Assembly: GCA_043228905.1 (NCBI GenBank)
Contig: JBHGNT010000016.1
Coordinates: forward strand, 16,120,001-16,184,000
Reading direction: 5' to 3'
Length of the DNA: 64,000 nt
DNA from: Azolla caroliniana
Taxonomy: Eukaryota; Plantae; Polypodiophyta
The stretch's first letter is position 1. The number at the start of each line of letters is the position of its first letter. Below are positions 25,591 to 38,496 of the stretch, in pieces. The notes under the pieces are model-generated. The model saw only the letters and a list, made by a program, of their open reading frames with translations, had not been told where the DNA came from and did not search any database. The position numbers were made by a program, and so were the translations under genes.

Positions 25591-26518
25591 AAATACATAT
25601 TGGTAGCCACGGATTACTGCACCAAATGGGTAGAAGCAAAGGCACTACGTGAAAATACGGCGACCGTCACAACCAAATTTCTTTATAAGCACATCTGGTG
25701 CCGGTTCGGCTGTCCGATTGAGCTCATCAGTGACCAGGGGAGCCACTTCCTCAATACGGTGGTTCGGGAACTAACACAACATTACGCAGTAGTCCACAAG
25801 AAGACCACGCCATACTACCCGTAGGCGAATGGATTAGCGGAATCCACGAACAAAACTTTACAGACCATTTTGAAGAAAACCGTCAACGAAAATAGAACGG
25901 ACTGGGATACCAAACTCTAGAGTGCGTTATGGGCATACAGAACTAGTTACAAAACAAGCATACAGTCAACACTGTTCCGGCTAGCATTTGGACTAGAGGC
26001 TGTGATGCCGGTCGAATTTCGGGTACCTAGTTTGCACCTTCAGGTATGGAACCGATTATCAGAAGCCAAGTCGGAGGAGGAACGGCTCTACCAACTCCTC
26101 AAACTAGGGGAAAAACGCGTCCACAGCATGGCTGTGTTGGAACAGGAACATCGATGGCATAAAGCGTTTGTTGATCGACATTGGAGCGCAAGGGAAAAGG
26201 AGTTCGCCGTGGGCCGAGCGGTGCTAGTGTTTCAAACGCGCATGGGCCATATGCCGGGGAAGTTACGTTTCTGCTAGACCGGCCCATACTGGATAATTGG
26301 AGCGAAACAGGGCACGTTCCAACTAGGAACGCTGGCTGGAGAAATAGTACGGCAAAAAGTGAATGGGTTTTGGCTCAAACCTTACCTGGGCCCTACGCCA
26401 CCTAACCCATTCACCGCCGAATGGGACAAAGCCGGAGAACACGCAGCGTAAAATGGACAGTCCCATTTGTACTATAATGTAAAAACAGGTTGTACTATAA
26501 TGAACACGCGGCACCACG

Positions 26519-29477
26519 TTGGCTCACCGCCCAATGAACCCTAAGCCACAAAAAGAAGGAAATAGAAGATTTTCTGCACAAAGCAGAAACCCATCTTCTA
26601 GCTATCAGCGCTGCCATCGCTCCTCCTCCTCACCTTCTTCCCCATCCTATCTCAAAGCTCCAACTCACCACTACTACCCGTCTGCTCTCTACGAACCTAC
26701 TCTAGCGATGCCGATCTTCATCTCTACTACCCTACGCCGATGGCTCGTGGAGAAACGCTTGGATGGTTACATTTGGGTCGCAGAAGCACCTCCGCAACCA
26801 GACGCCATGGACATCGCCAGGCAGCTTACCATCGACACGGTCACCAACTCTTCCATTCGGAGGAAGTTGGACCTATCCTCACTAGGCGAAAGACATTTCG
26901 AAATACCTCCTGCAGAGGCGCTGCAACGGTATTTTGGCCCATATTCATCCTCCGCCAAGGCCTATAGAACAAAACAGATTCCGGATCCCTTCTTCCGTGA
27001 AGTTGCCAAGTTCCTACTGGAAGTGAGCTGCGTCCATGTCAACGCATACGGGATGCCCAAGCAGAAGGCGGGCATCATTATCGACACCTTTGAAGGGCGT
27101 ACAGTCGACTGGGGGGTCATCACAAGGCCAACGTTAAGGGAAGGCTTGCATGCGTACCTAGCACGCAAAAAGCTCAGGCCAATCATCCAACAATACCTTA
27201 CGATACTGTTTCGAACCCCGAGGCCTACCAGCACCGCAGCCCAGCCAACCCACGGCCCTGCCCCGATCCGCGAAATGTAGGTTAGCGGAGGTAGCGGCCC
27301 AAGAGTGGGAGGAGGAACCCCAACCGGCCCAGCCAGGCCCAAGGGCAACACCTCCTACCGACCAACCGGACAGACGGGCGACGCAGGAGGAACAGCTGAG
27401 ACGCCCCATGGAAACAGCCCCAGAACCAGACACCGAAGCATAGCGAGAAAGCCCTAGCCCAAAACGGCGCAGATTGGACAGGAAAGATGCATGGGGGTTG
27501 GTAAAAAATGCCCCCACGGCTCCGGAGGCACCGACCGAAGGTGAAGGCTCCGCAACAGCAGAGCCGAATACCACCTTCGAAATCATCCGGGAGCCGCGGC
27601 CAATTATTACGACTCAGTCCCAACGAGGGAAAGCCGTATTGACGGCAGAAAGTGAGGTTTTGGCATATCCGGATATCCCGAATATGGCTCACGAATTCAG
27701 CGCCCTCTTGCAGTTCGGTACCTCGTTTGAGCTCATGGAGTTCCTGGCAACACAACAGGTCAAAGCCGCCCAACGAATGGCTGAGGAGCATGCGGAACGT
27801 GAGAGATAGAGCACGCGCTAACACAAACAACGGAGAGTGACGATGAGGATCGGCTGGCTAGGGTCGGCAGACAGAGGAACGCCGGGGTACGGTGAGTAGG
27901 GATGGAGATACCACCTTTAAACACGGCCCTAATCGAAGTCCATCGGGAACTGGCAAAGGTCAGCACGGGCGCCAAAGAAATGGCCATAAAAAATAAGAAT
28001 GTCTGGAAGAAGGTTAAACTGACCAAAGCCAAACTACAAAAGGCCAACGCACGCATCGCGGAGTTGGAAGCTCACGCGACTACGACGCAACACGAAACCC
28101 CGCCACCGAACCACGTTATCGACGCTCTAAAAGAAGAAATCGAGGCTCAGATAGCCATCACCTCAAAAGCAAAAAGGGCCGTGCAGCTAGCGGAATCCGA
28201 AATTGACCGGCTTCGAGCAGAACTACGCCAATCCTCCAACAGAGAAAAGGAGATACGGGCTAACGGACGGAAGGCCGTACAAACTCTTGAAGAGAAACTA
28301 GCTACGGAGGTAACCCATCACATCCGGACAAAAGACGACAACGCCCAATTACGAGAGGACGCGAAGAAATCAGAGGTGGCAATAGCGGGCCTTCGAGGCC
28401 TTATTAGAAAAAAAGAAGGTATGGTTCGATGAGCAGTTGGTGGTCGAACAAGACAGAAGGCATCAACTCGAAATCCTCCTAAACAATGAAATGGGGAGAT
28501 TAGAAGAACAACATGCAAAGGAATCCCAGCTGTGGGTGGGCCTGAAGGCCACGTATGAGGAAGCAGCAACCGTTAAACAACAGGAAATCGCGAATCTCTA
28601 GAAGTTGATGGAAGACGCACGCAACCGCTGCCAGGCCATCACGGATAACATGCGCATCCTTCTCCAAACCAATCGGGAAAGGTTCACTGCGCAATTGAAA
28701 ACGACGCTGGACAAAGGATGGAAGGCGTGGGCAACCCAAGCAGCAGAATTGCACGCGTATCGTGCGGATTGGGAGAACCGACGGAAAGACGACCGAGGGT
28801 TTTATAAGCTAAATGAGGAGAGCATTGCGACCGTACGGGAGGACCTAGCGCAAGACTATCGTGCGCTAGCAGACCAACACTCCGAAGAACTCGCACAACT
28901 CCTAGATGATTTTGGTGAAAGTCAGGAGGAGCTTTTTCACCAGATCACAGAAGCCGGCAACATGGACACAAACGAGGAACCCAGCGGGACACCAATTCCG
29001 GTCACAACCGAAGAAGAGGAACCTCAGGCCCGATCACCAAGGATGACAACAGGGGAGAATAGCGGGGACGAACGAGCGGAGTTCCCCACAGGACCAGACA
29101 ACGAAACCATTGCCCAACAAGAGGTCCAGCCGCACCAACCCACACCATCTTCAGAAAACACGGAAAATAGTGCGGACCAGGCGGAATCCTCGCCCCACGC
29201 CCAGGGACACACAAAAACGGCCAACACCGCGGAGGACGTAACAATAGAGGCGGAGCTGCAGCCGACGGCAAGCACGCCAACGGCGGAGCCCAGCCCACTA
29301 ACTCAAGAAGAGCCCACTGTACCCGGACCACCCGCACACAGCGAAGGCGACTCCGGGAGAAACCAGGCCGACCAAGCAGAGGAGCCGCACCACGATGCAC
29401 CTACGGGCCCTACATCAACTCTGGAGGAGGACACAACAACAGAGCCGAACATCCGGGCCCATTTGGAAGAAGATTAA
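26519..29477 (+). pseudogene. G1 additional ORF downstream of pol (~950 codons, interrupted)
   Basis: Consecutive sense ORFs 26519-27280, 27474-27809, 27902-28432 and 28605-29477. A globular N-terminal part (EGRTVDWG...YLTILF), a long coiled coil, then an acidic Pro/Thr tail ending 47 bp before the 3' LTR. Confidence 0.75.
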
Positions 29478-32096
29478 CGGGATGGGTCCAATGTGCAAAG
29501 GCATTGTCCCACAGACGTGCCAAGTGTTGTCCGCCGTAATAGTAACCGACGGCCAAAAGCGTAGGAGTAAGAAACTATATAAGAGCATAACGTATGTAAC
29601 GGTTCACGCAGGAAGCGTGAACGGCTAATTAGACCCTGCATATATAAAGGGCAGGAAACCTCTTATGGAGGTGCATGTAAATTTTGTGGAATGTAAAGAA
29701 CACCTGATAATAGAATTCTATCTTCTCTGAGTTTCTATGTATAGCTACGGCTAATTCAGTGTTTGTGTCTCGTATACTTAAGCGTAGTAGTACATAAGTG
29801 TAACCTATGATAACGATTCGGTTGTAGCCGTCTTCCCTTATACGTGGAGGACTTACAAAGGTTCTCTCCTCACATAGTACGCTTAAACCCAATTCGTTGT
29901 TCCACACCCACCTTGGGGTCTAGGTCGAAGGACTGACCACGGACCGTGTTCCTAAGAGGCAACAACAGATAGAGAGAGAGAATGCACACAAAGCTTAATT
30001 CAAAAATAATACTTAGTCTATACATAGGATGTGCTCAGTAAGCATTTTTATACAAGTCCATATAGACTGATAGAACTATTGACATGTATTTCAATGCTCA
30101 TTAATGAGCTCTACACTAACTCCCAAAATATATTTCTACGCGTAATATCTTTCCAACGGCCTCACGGTTTACGCACCGCTATGGCCTCTCATTGTGTACT
30201 GGTTTGCGTAATAGTTTACGCACCCGGTTTACGCACTGGTTTGGCCTAACCGATTGATCCCAACCGATCCGGTTTTGGGCTTGCACAGCTGATCCGACCA
30301 ATGTTGAGCTTGTCTCTCAACACTCCCCCTCAAGCTCAACATTGAGGTTCCATCGGCTCTTCAGGATGTACACTCCGGTTCCTTCTGGCTTCACTCCTTG
30401 CTCGCGCTCCTCGACCTATTCGATTCCGCGCACCTCGACCCTTCCGGTTGGCTTGCGTGCTCATGCGGCCCTTCTCAACTCCGTTGTTGTCGCGGTGTTG
30501 GCACTTCTTCTGCTGCCTTCTCTTCTGCTTGGCCCTCAGTTGATTCGATGTATTCGAATCAAGCATCTGAACAGACTCGGCTTCCTCTGATCAGTTTTTG
30601 CTTTCGTCCAAGTTGGCTGTCTCCAACTCATCTTCGGTCTTCTCGCCCTTGATGGTTTCGTCTCCCTCACGCTTGGTTGGCTTCGGCTCTTTCTTTCGAC
30701 TAGTCCCCTTATATTCACTTTCAGACTCCTCCGCGGATTCTCCGTCACCTTCTTCAGCCGATCCAAAATCGAATTCTTCATCTGATTCGTCGCAGTCTCT
30801 CCCCCTTCCGTGGTCATTCAGGACGTCTCTCCCCTCAATATCGGCACGTCGAGGTGACGCAACCCAAGCGCACTCGAGCATTGCCGCAACTTGTCCAGAC
30901 CAAGAGGCTTGGTGAAGATGTCGGCGGTTTGCCGATCCGTCGGAACATATTGAAGTTCGACTTCACCGGAGAGGACTCGCTCACGGACGAAATGGTAGTG
31001 CACCTCAATGTGCTTGGTACGGGCATGGAAGATGGGGTTCTTTGCTAGCTGGATGTTGTTGAGGTTGTCGCAGTAGATTGTTGTTGGATCGGATACCTCC
31101 AGATGCAGATCCTTAAGTAGCCGCTTCAACCATATGGCTTTGCATGTTGCGATAGCCGCTCCTCTATACTCGGCTTCGGTGCTCAACAATGCAACTGTCG
31201 GCTGCTTCTTGCTACTCCACGCGATCGCGACACTCCCAAGAGAGAACGCAAAACCGGACGTGGATCAGCGATCGGTGACATTGCCGGCCCAGTCGGCATT
31301 GGTGTAGCCAAAAAACTACGGGGTTGTACTGGTTCGATATAGTAGCCCCCAGTCCTTAGTGCCACTTACGTACCGCAGTACGCGTTGCGCACATTGAAGG
31401 TGCTCCTTGGTAGGTTGGGCCATGAACTGACTAATCACCTCGACAGGGTAGCTGAGATTTGGTCGGGTGATGGTCAAGTATATAAGGCTTTCGACTATCT
31501 GTCGGAACCTCGTCGGGTCGCATACCTTTCCGGAATCGGGGCGAAGCTTGATGGTTCTATCCAAAGGAGTCGAGACGGACTTATAGTTGGCCATCCCGAA
31601 TTTGACGAGGATACTTAACAAGTAATGCCGTTGGCTGATCAGTATGCCTTCGGGGGTGCGGATCACTTCGATCTCGAGGAAGTAGTGAAGGTCCCCCAGA
31701 TCCTTCATGTCAAATGATTCTGCAAGTTGGAGCTTCACGCGGTCAATATCACCTAGGTCGGTGCCGGTGATGACCAAGTCATCAACATAAAGTAAAATGC
31801 TAGCTGGCCCGAGTCGACCTTTCTAGATCAATAGTGAGGAGTCCAATTTTGACGTTGCAAAGCCCATCCGATGCAATCGTTGTGTGATCTTCGCGTTCCA
31901 GGCATGTGGGGCTTGCTTTAGTCTATAAAGGGACTTCTTCAACCGGCACACCGCCGAGGTGTTTGTTTCAGAGTGAAATCCAAGGGGCTGTACCATGTAC
32001 ACCTGTTCCTCAAGCTCACCTTGCAGGAATACATTCTTGACATCCATCTGATGTAAGTCCCACACCTTTGCCGCAGCAACTGCGAGCAAAACGCGG

Positions 32097-32674
32097 TGTC
32101 GTGAAGAATTTCGGCCAGAGGCGGAAACCGGGAAACATTGGCTACATCGGCGGGTGCAGCGTGTGTACGCACCCATGTACATTTAGTGTGAATATCGAGG
32201 GCGCATTTATGGCGCCCAAGAGTAGTCAAGTCGGGGCAGACGATCCCATGTAAGGCGGGATTTGTTCCACATTGTAACACATCCCTTTCCTTGTTCTATA
32301 AAAGGAAGGGAACGCCCTTTGTGAAAGGGTTGCCCATTTTGCATTCGAGGGTATACCGTTAGGTTTAGAGTTAGGTTCTTCTTCTTCTTCTTCTTCTTAT
32401 GTGTGTTCGCTTAGGGTTTGCTTTTGGTTCAGCCTCCTGTGCAAGACCCCGCTCGGCGCGACGAGCCCATGAGCTCCCCGACGGCGGCTTGGCAGCAGAC
32501 GACTACTGTAACCTACCTCAGTCCGGCTCGAAGCCGGGAATGTATTCTTCATATATATACATACATATACGTTTACGTTTGTCAGTGTATATTCGCGTCG
32601 CTGTTGGCGTCGGGTGCTTACCCTCTCCTGCGTTTTCTGTACATAAGGCGCGAGTCGGGTTGAGCTGTGTGTAC

Positions 32675-32728
<54 letters not shown>

Positions 32729-35700
32729 CGGTGTTAAGCTCTCTCTCTCTCTCTCCCTTCGGTTGCTTCCGGTGTGTTTCTGGGATGCCCCGGAAACAGT
32801 GAAGCACGACTTCCTACGCTCCATCGCTCTCTAGTCCAAGACCCCCGTGGTCCCGCCTTTCTCCACGCACGCACGTAACAACGCGACATATTTGGTGACC
32901 CCGACGTGAAAGGTGGCAAGGGAGGATGGAGTCGGAAGACGACAACCTTGCGGAGATGGTGGCTGAAGTGGTGTTGGAGTCGGCACGAGTGGTGATGAGG
33001 CGAGAAGCAGCGCAACATGCAGTTGAGCGAGTGGTCGAAAGAGTCGGTCGTTTCAACGGGGACAAAGTCCCATCTTACTTGGAAGCCGACAACGCGGAAA
33101 TGGAGGAGTGTGGCGTAGACGAGGCGTTGAGGCTGGAGTTCTTCTGCCAGGTCGTAGCTGTCCGGATGCATGCGGAAGTAAAGGAGCTCCGTGAGGCTCA
33201 TAGTTTGTGGGAGGCCTTCGAAGAGGCGCTCCTGAAGGCATACGGAGGACGGCGGAAGAGCCGGGGACGGCACGACTTCGACCAGTGGGTAGCATCGACA
33301 AAGACCCATCGGGGCGCGACGAAGGCGTTCCGAGAGTTCGAGCGACGGCTTGCTTGGCTCCCAGAGCGGGAACAAGGTTTGGTGGGGGCGGACAAAGTCC
33401 TTTTGTTCGTCAGGTCGATCGACCGAGCGGAACGGGAAGTCATCAGGATTGCGCTCGAAGACGATGATGGAGCGAATGGGCTTACGGAGGACTGGTCGAA
33501 GGTCGGAAGGGTGTGCCAAAGGCTAGATGATGAGCGAGCCGAGAAGGCTAAGAGGAAGGTACGCGACGGCGTGCCATCATAGCGGGAAGAGGCCGAACGG
33601 CAGAGGGAGTCGGCAAGGGTCGGCGTTGGGGCCAGGATTGCGGAGGCGTACGCAGCTCTCGAGGCGATGATCGAGAAAGAGGCGAGACGGACTTGCCCCA
33701 CGCGACGACGGAAGATCGGTATGACGGTACCACGAGAGAGGGTGCGGAACGAAACGCCCTCTCGACTTGCAGAGATAGAACGGCCAAGGACGAGGCCGAG
33801 ATACTGATCGCGGAATCGGAACGTTGGGACCAGTGGTTTCGGGCGTGTCAGCCCAAGATCCCGGTCATTGGAGAAGCAAGCCCAGACAGGGCTTGCGTGA
33901 TCGATAAGAAGACGACAGCCGACCACGAAGACTCAGTGGCTACGGACAAGGGCGTAAAACGGACGGGCGATTCTTTGTGTCTTCCCACACTTGCTCCCGA
34001 GATGATGGCAGTCGGGCATGAGTGCCCACGCGAGTCCTAAGCGGAGGAAGGCGGCGGAAGGCCAAGAATCATCGGCGAGATGATACGGGGAAGGAGCGGA
34101 CAAAAGCCCACGAACCCAATTCCGGAGAACTGGGCATTCGGGCCCGTATGCCCATGTAAAACCGAGGAGATGGATGGCGGTACTGAGGAGTCCTGGCACG
34201 ATGCCAGTGAAGTCGGATGGGAAACGGCCTACGAGGAGGCCGAGGACAGACGCGGCACGAGGAGATCGGCGTTTCGATTCGTATGGAGCAGAATCCGGTC
34301 GTGGATGGTTCGATCCGGGCCGGATTCGGCATGAAGGTGCCGATACGGGAGAGGGTGCGGGACGAGCCGCCCTCTTTTACATGGGGAGAAAGACCGACCG
34401 GGCGAAGGTCGAGAGAAGGAAGGACGAACGGACCCGGACGAGAATCGGGCGGAGCGGACTCCCGGATGACGATTCTGGGAGGGAGGAAGAGAGCGTGCCT
34501 ACGAAGAGGCCGAGGACACGGTACGTCGGTACCATGGGAGAGGGTGCGGAGTAAACCGCCCTCTCGGCATGCGGAAAAGGACGACCCGCGACAGGGTCGG
34601 GAAGACGGATCGAAGGCCTGCGGAGGATCCTTCACACCGGTTCTAGAGACTTCGGCAGTCGGCAACGCGGTCGACGTAAGACCAAGATACTAACGGTGAC
34701 GGCAAGCTGACGAAGGCAATGGGCGTAAGGAAGTCCAGTCCTATGGGATCCCCACACTTAATCGGAGACTCCGGCTGTTCGGCCAACGTGGCAACGTAAG
34801 ACCGAGGGAGAAGGAAGCTGGCGGCGGGAAACGGGACCCGGCTACGCGGAAGACATGAGGAGAGTCCGGGAGGGACTCAAACAAAAGTCACCCAAATTAC
34901 GGCAGGCATAGAAACGGAGTCCGGTCCTATGGGACCCTCACACCGTTCCGGAGACTCCGGCTGTTCGGCCAACGTGGCAACGTAAGACCGAGGGAGAAGG
35001 ATGGTGGCGGTAGGGAACGGGACCCGACAACATGAGGTTTCGAAAGGAGCCGGTAGGGGCAAACTCGGGGAGGTGTGTCAGGCCGGAAAGGCACACCTTG
35101 GACAAAACAAGAGTCTCGCAAGTGGCCATCGTGGGCCGGATCAAAGCGTGACTACGGGACGGTGTTCGGCGCGGGCGGGGCCGAACGAAGGAAGCGGAAG
35201 ACGGCACAAGGGAGGTGCTGGGAACGAGGTGACAAGTGCCTAGTAGACTGCACAAGGTCGGAGTCAGGGGATGGCAAGAGAGGCCAGAGGAGGATCCTCC
35301 ACACTCGCTTCGTAGATCTCGGTAGCTCCGTCGAAGTAGCGAAGACTTACATGGCAAGCCCGGGGTGACAAGCTGGTGGGGCGAGGGGACGACGGCAAGC
35401 GGGAGACTCAGGACCTATCGCGGCAGCACGAAGACGGGAAGGGCCAAGCGGGCTACTATGGGGTGTTCCTCGGATGCAAAGGACACCGGTATGCGGGTGA
35501 GCGGCGATGCACGATCTGGCCAAAAAGGGAGCCGACAAGGCGTGCAATGAACCGGAGTACGGCATAGGCGGTGCCAAACAACGGACGAGGATATGTGGCA
35601 CACGGAGGTGCCAGAGCGGAAAGGCGAGCGTAGAGATAGGTTGCGCGGTTCGGAGGTATCGCGGAGAAGACTGGAAAGGGATCCCCACACCGTTCCGGAG

Positions 35701-36914
35701 ACCATGGCGGTTCGAGCCGACGCGGCGATGTAAGACCATGGAGAAGGAAGGTGGCGGCGAGAGGACGAGGGCAACGCGAAATGACAAGGGACGACAATCA
35801 GGACGACGCGAACGATTAACAGAGGCCAAGCAGGCCACTACGGGTATGCCTCAAGCGGAGGACATCGGGCATACGACGAAAGCGGGGTGTTCATACGACC
35901 GAACAAGGGCCAACGGAAGTACGCGTACTACGAAGATCGCAGCTGAGGGCCCATCGACGGGTCGAACGAGCCTATGGGGAGGCGAGCGCGAAGGAAGACT
36001 CGAAATCGTCGGGTCAAACCGGCAGCGAACCAGGATGCGGATCACGGAAGACCGGTTTCTCACCGGCCAAAATCTCTCACCGTTCAACCGGACTTGGCAC
36101 ATACCGGTGGATGTGCAGTTAGGTGGGGGCGGATGTCGTGAAGAATTTCGGCCAGAGGCGGAAACCGGGAAACATTGGCTACATCAGCGGGTGCAGCGTG
36201 TGTACGCACCCATGTACATTTAGTGTGAATATCGAGGGCGCCTTTATGGTGCCGAAGAGTAGTCAAGTCGGGGCAGACGATCCCATGTAAGGCGGGATTT
36301 GTCCCACATTGTAACGCATCCCTTTCCTTGTTCTATACAAGGAAGGGAACGCCCTTTGTGAAAGGGTTGCCCATTTTGCATTCGAGGGTATACCGTTAGG
36401 TTTAGAGTTAGGTTCTTCTTCTTCTTCTTCTTCTTCTTCTGCGTGTTCGCTTAGGGTTTGCTTTTGGTTCGGCCTCCTGTGCAAGACCCCACTCGGCGCG
36501 ACGAGCCCGTGAGCTCCCCGACAGCGGCTTGGCAGCAGACGACTACTGTAACCTACCTCAGTCCGGCTCGAAGCCGGGAATGTATTCTTCATATATATAC
36601 ATACATATACGTTTACGTTTGTCTGTGTATATTTGCGTCGCTGTGGACGTTGGGTGCTTACCCTCTCCTGCGTTTTCTGTACATAAGGCGCGAGTCGGGT
36701 TGAGCTGTGTGTACGAGTGTGTGGTTGTGTGTGTGTGTGTGTGTGTGCGTGAGTCGGTGTTAAGCTCTCTCTCTCTCTCTCCCTTCAGTTGCTTTCGGTG
36801 TGTTTCTGGGATGCCCCGGAAACAGTGAAGCACGACTTCCTACGCTCCATCGCTCTCTAGTCCAAGACCCCCGTGGTCCCGCCTTTTTCCACGCACGAGC
36901 GTAACAACGCGACA
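32097..36914 (+). mobile_element. Non-autonomous Gypsy G2n (gag-like ORF only)
   Basis: LTRs 32097-32888 and 36134-36914 (TGTCGTG...CGCGACA). 4-bp TSD GCGG. PBS TGGTGACCCCGACGTGAA at 32893-32910. PPT AGGTGGGGGCGGA. LTRs contain (TTC)n, (GT)n and (CT)n. Confidence 0.93.
32926..33582 (+). CDS. G2n gag-like protein, homologous to the G2 gag N-terminus
   Basis: DKVLLFVRSID...LEDDDGANGLTEDWSKVGRVCQRLD aligns with G2 DKTLYFLKAVD...LEDDTQANGLVADWIAVKRACNRLD. Confidence 0.85.
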   Translation: MESEDDNLAEMVAEVVLESARVVMRREAAQHAVERVVERVGRFNGDKVPSYLEADNAEMEECGVDEALRLEFFCQVVAVRMHAEVKELREAHSLWEAFEEALLKAYGGRRKSRGRHDFDQWVASTKTHRGATKAFREFERRLAWLPEREQGLVGADKVLLFVRSIDRAEREVIRIALEDDDGANGLTEDWSKVGRVCQRLDDERAEKAKRKVRDGVPS

Positions 36915-37820
36915 GCGGACGGTTGTCGTCTTTGCGACCAATGCAAACGTCTCATCGTAGTCGATGCCGTGTTGCTGTGCATAGCCTTTCGCTACTAACC
37001 AAGCCTTGCATCGGTTGACCGCGCCGTCAGTGTTGTACTTGAACTTGTACACCCACCTACATCCGATCGGATTCACACCTTTTGGTGTGTCAACCAGGTC
37101 CCAGGTTTCATTTTCCGTCAATGTGCGCATCTCTTCCTCCATTGCGACATGCCAATTTGCGTCCTTCGCCGCTTCTGCGTAGCTCTTTGGCTCATTCACT
37201 TCCGCTACACGCGTCACGTACGCATAGTGATGCGCCATTTACTCGTTGTATTCGAACCGCAAAACAGGGTTATTTTGGCAGGTTGATCGACGTAACTGCT
37301 CATTAGCCGATGTTGAGGCCTTTTTCACTGACGCAGACTTCGCTTTCGAAGGCCCGTCATCGTTCATCTTGGAGTCGTATTCGCGTCGATCCGACTCGCC
37401 CTTATCCATGCCATACTCCGGTGTCGTGAAGATTCGTCGCTACGCGCGGATCGTGAGTCGGAACCGCCGGGGTTCTGGACCAGAAGGATTTAGAGTCGAT
37501 ACAAGCTTTGGCGAGAAAGTACTTAAGATAGATTGGGAAAGAGAGAAGATGAGATTGCAGAATTGATTTGAAAACGAATTTCTTCCTCTTAATTTTCATA
37601 AAAAAAAAACCATCTTTTTCTCCTCCCCCTTCCCTCTTTTATAGATGCTCTCATGCATATGATGCATGTGAGGGTACAAGACATGCATAAATTGCATGTT
37701 TGCCATTTGGCGCTTAAGTATTACATGTGGTGCATGCTAACCATGTCACTCATTTTAGCACTCATGGATGAGAATTTACATGTAAAAGTACAATGATAGA
37801 AATATAATTTCAACTAAATA

Positions 37821-37886
37821 CGATGGCTTAATGGTAAGCCATTTGACTCCTAACTTGGAGGTGCAAGGTTCGAATCCATACTTGCC
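37821..37886 (+). ncRNA. tRNA-like Pol III module in the G2 3' LTR
   Basis: A-box TGGCTTAATGG at 37824-37834 within a GGCTTA/TAAGCC stem. B-box GGTTCGAATCC at 37867-37877. T5 run near 37913. Confidence 0.65.
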
Positions 37887-38496
37887 CTCCTTGTATATGT
37901 AAATATGTATATATTTTTATATATTTATTTTATCTAGTCGCCGGTTCGCCGGATGCCGCCGCCGGATACCGACGCCGGATACCGGTGCCGCATGCCGCCG
38001 CCGGATTGCGGTCGGATGCCGTCGGATCACCGGCTCCATCGCCGGTCCGGTTTTGGTTGGCCAAAACCCTTTTCGAGTAGCTAACCACCTCCACTCTAAG
38101 TTCAAGTTACCTTGAACTGTCTATGCTCCACACATAGACACAAAGATAATATCTTTTGCTCCACCTTATATATGATGAGAGCCGTATTTGTCGTGCCTAT
38201 GTGGGATATCTCACAATTTTCTCTTTTCTTTTCACAAAATTTATACCCTCATATCTTGACATTTAGTTGTTCATTTCTCGTGTAATAAAGTGCATTCGAA
38301 ACCTTCATCATTTTGTACTTAGATATTAAAAATGTTATCTTCACAATTATTGTATTACGTGATTCATACTCGATTTTGTACGTTTTATGGGATTTTCACA
38401 CTATTGCCGAAAATCTTCACGACATCCTCCCCCACCAAACCGCACGTCCTCCGGTACGTGCCAAGAAGAGAAGAAGTGAGATTTCGGCTACGATGA

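Larger units (their letters stand above)
14987..29964 (+). mobile_element. Ty3/Gypsy non-chromovirus G1 (Athila/Tat-like superclade) with an extra 3' ORF
   Basis: LTRs 14987-15426 and 29525-29964. TSD ACAGA at 14982-14986 and 29965-29969. TATATAAA near 15103. Degenerate PBS TGGCATGCTTGGTG at 15431. Order gag-PR-RT-RH-INT. Confidence 0.93.

Noticed and set aside
32358-32420. Telomere-like GTTAGGTTTAGAGTTAGG and TTAGGGTTT in the G2n LTR
   Set aside because: Too short and degenerate for an interstitial telomere. At most a telo-box.
33600-36120. Many overlapping ORFs of 100-240 aa inside G2n
   Set aside because: GC-rich sequence with internal duplications (for example 34740-34850 versus 34926-35030) and no recognisable motifs. 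Likely stop-poor by composition or a decayed gag tail.
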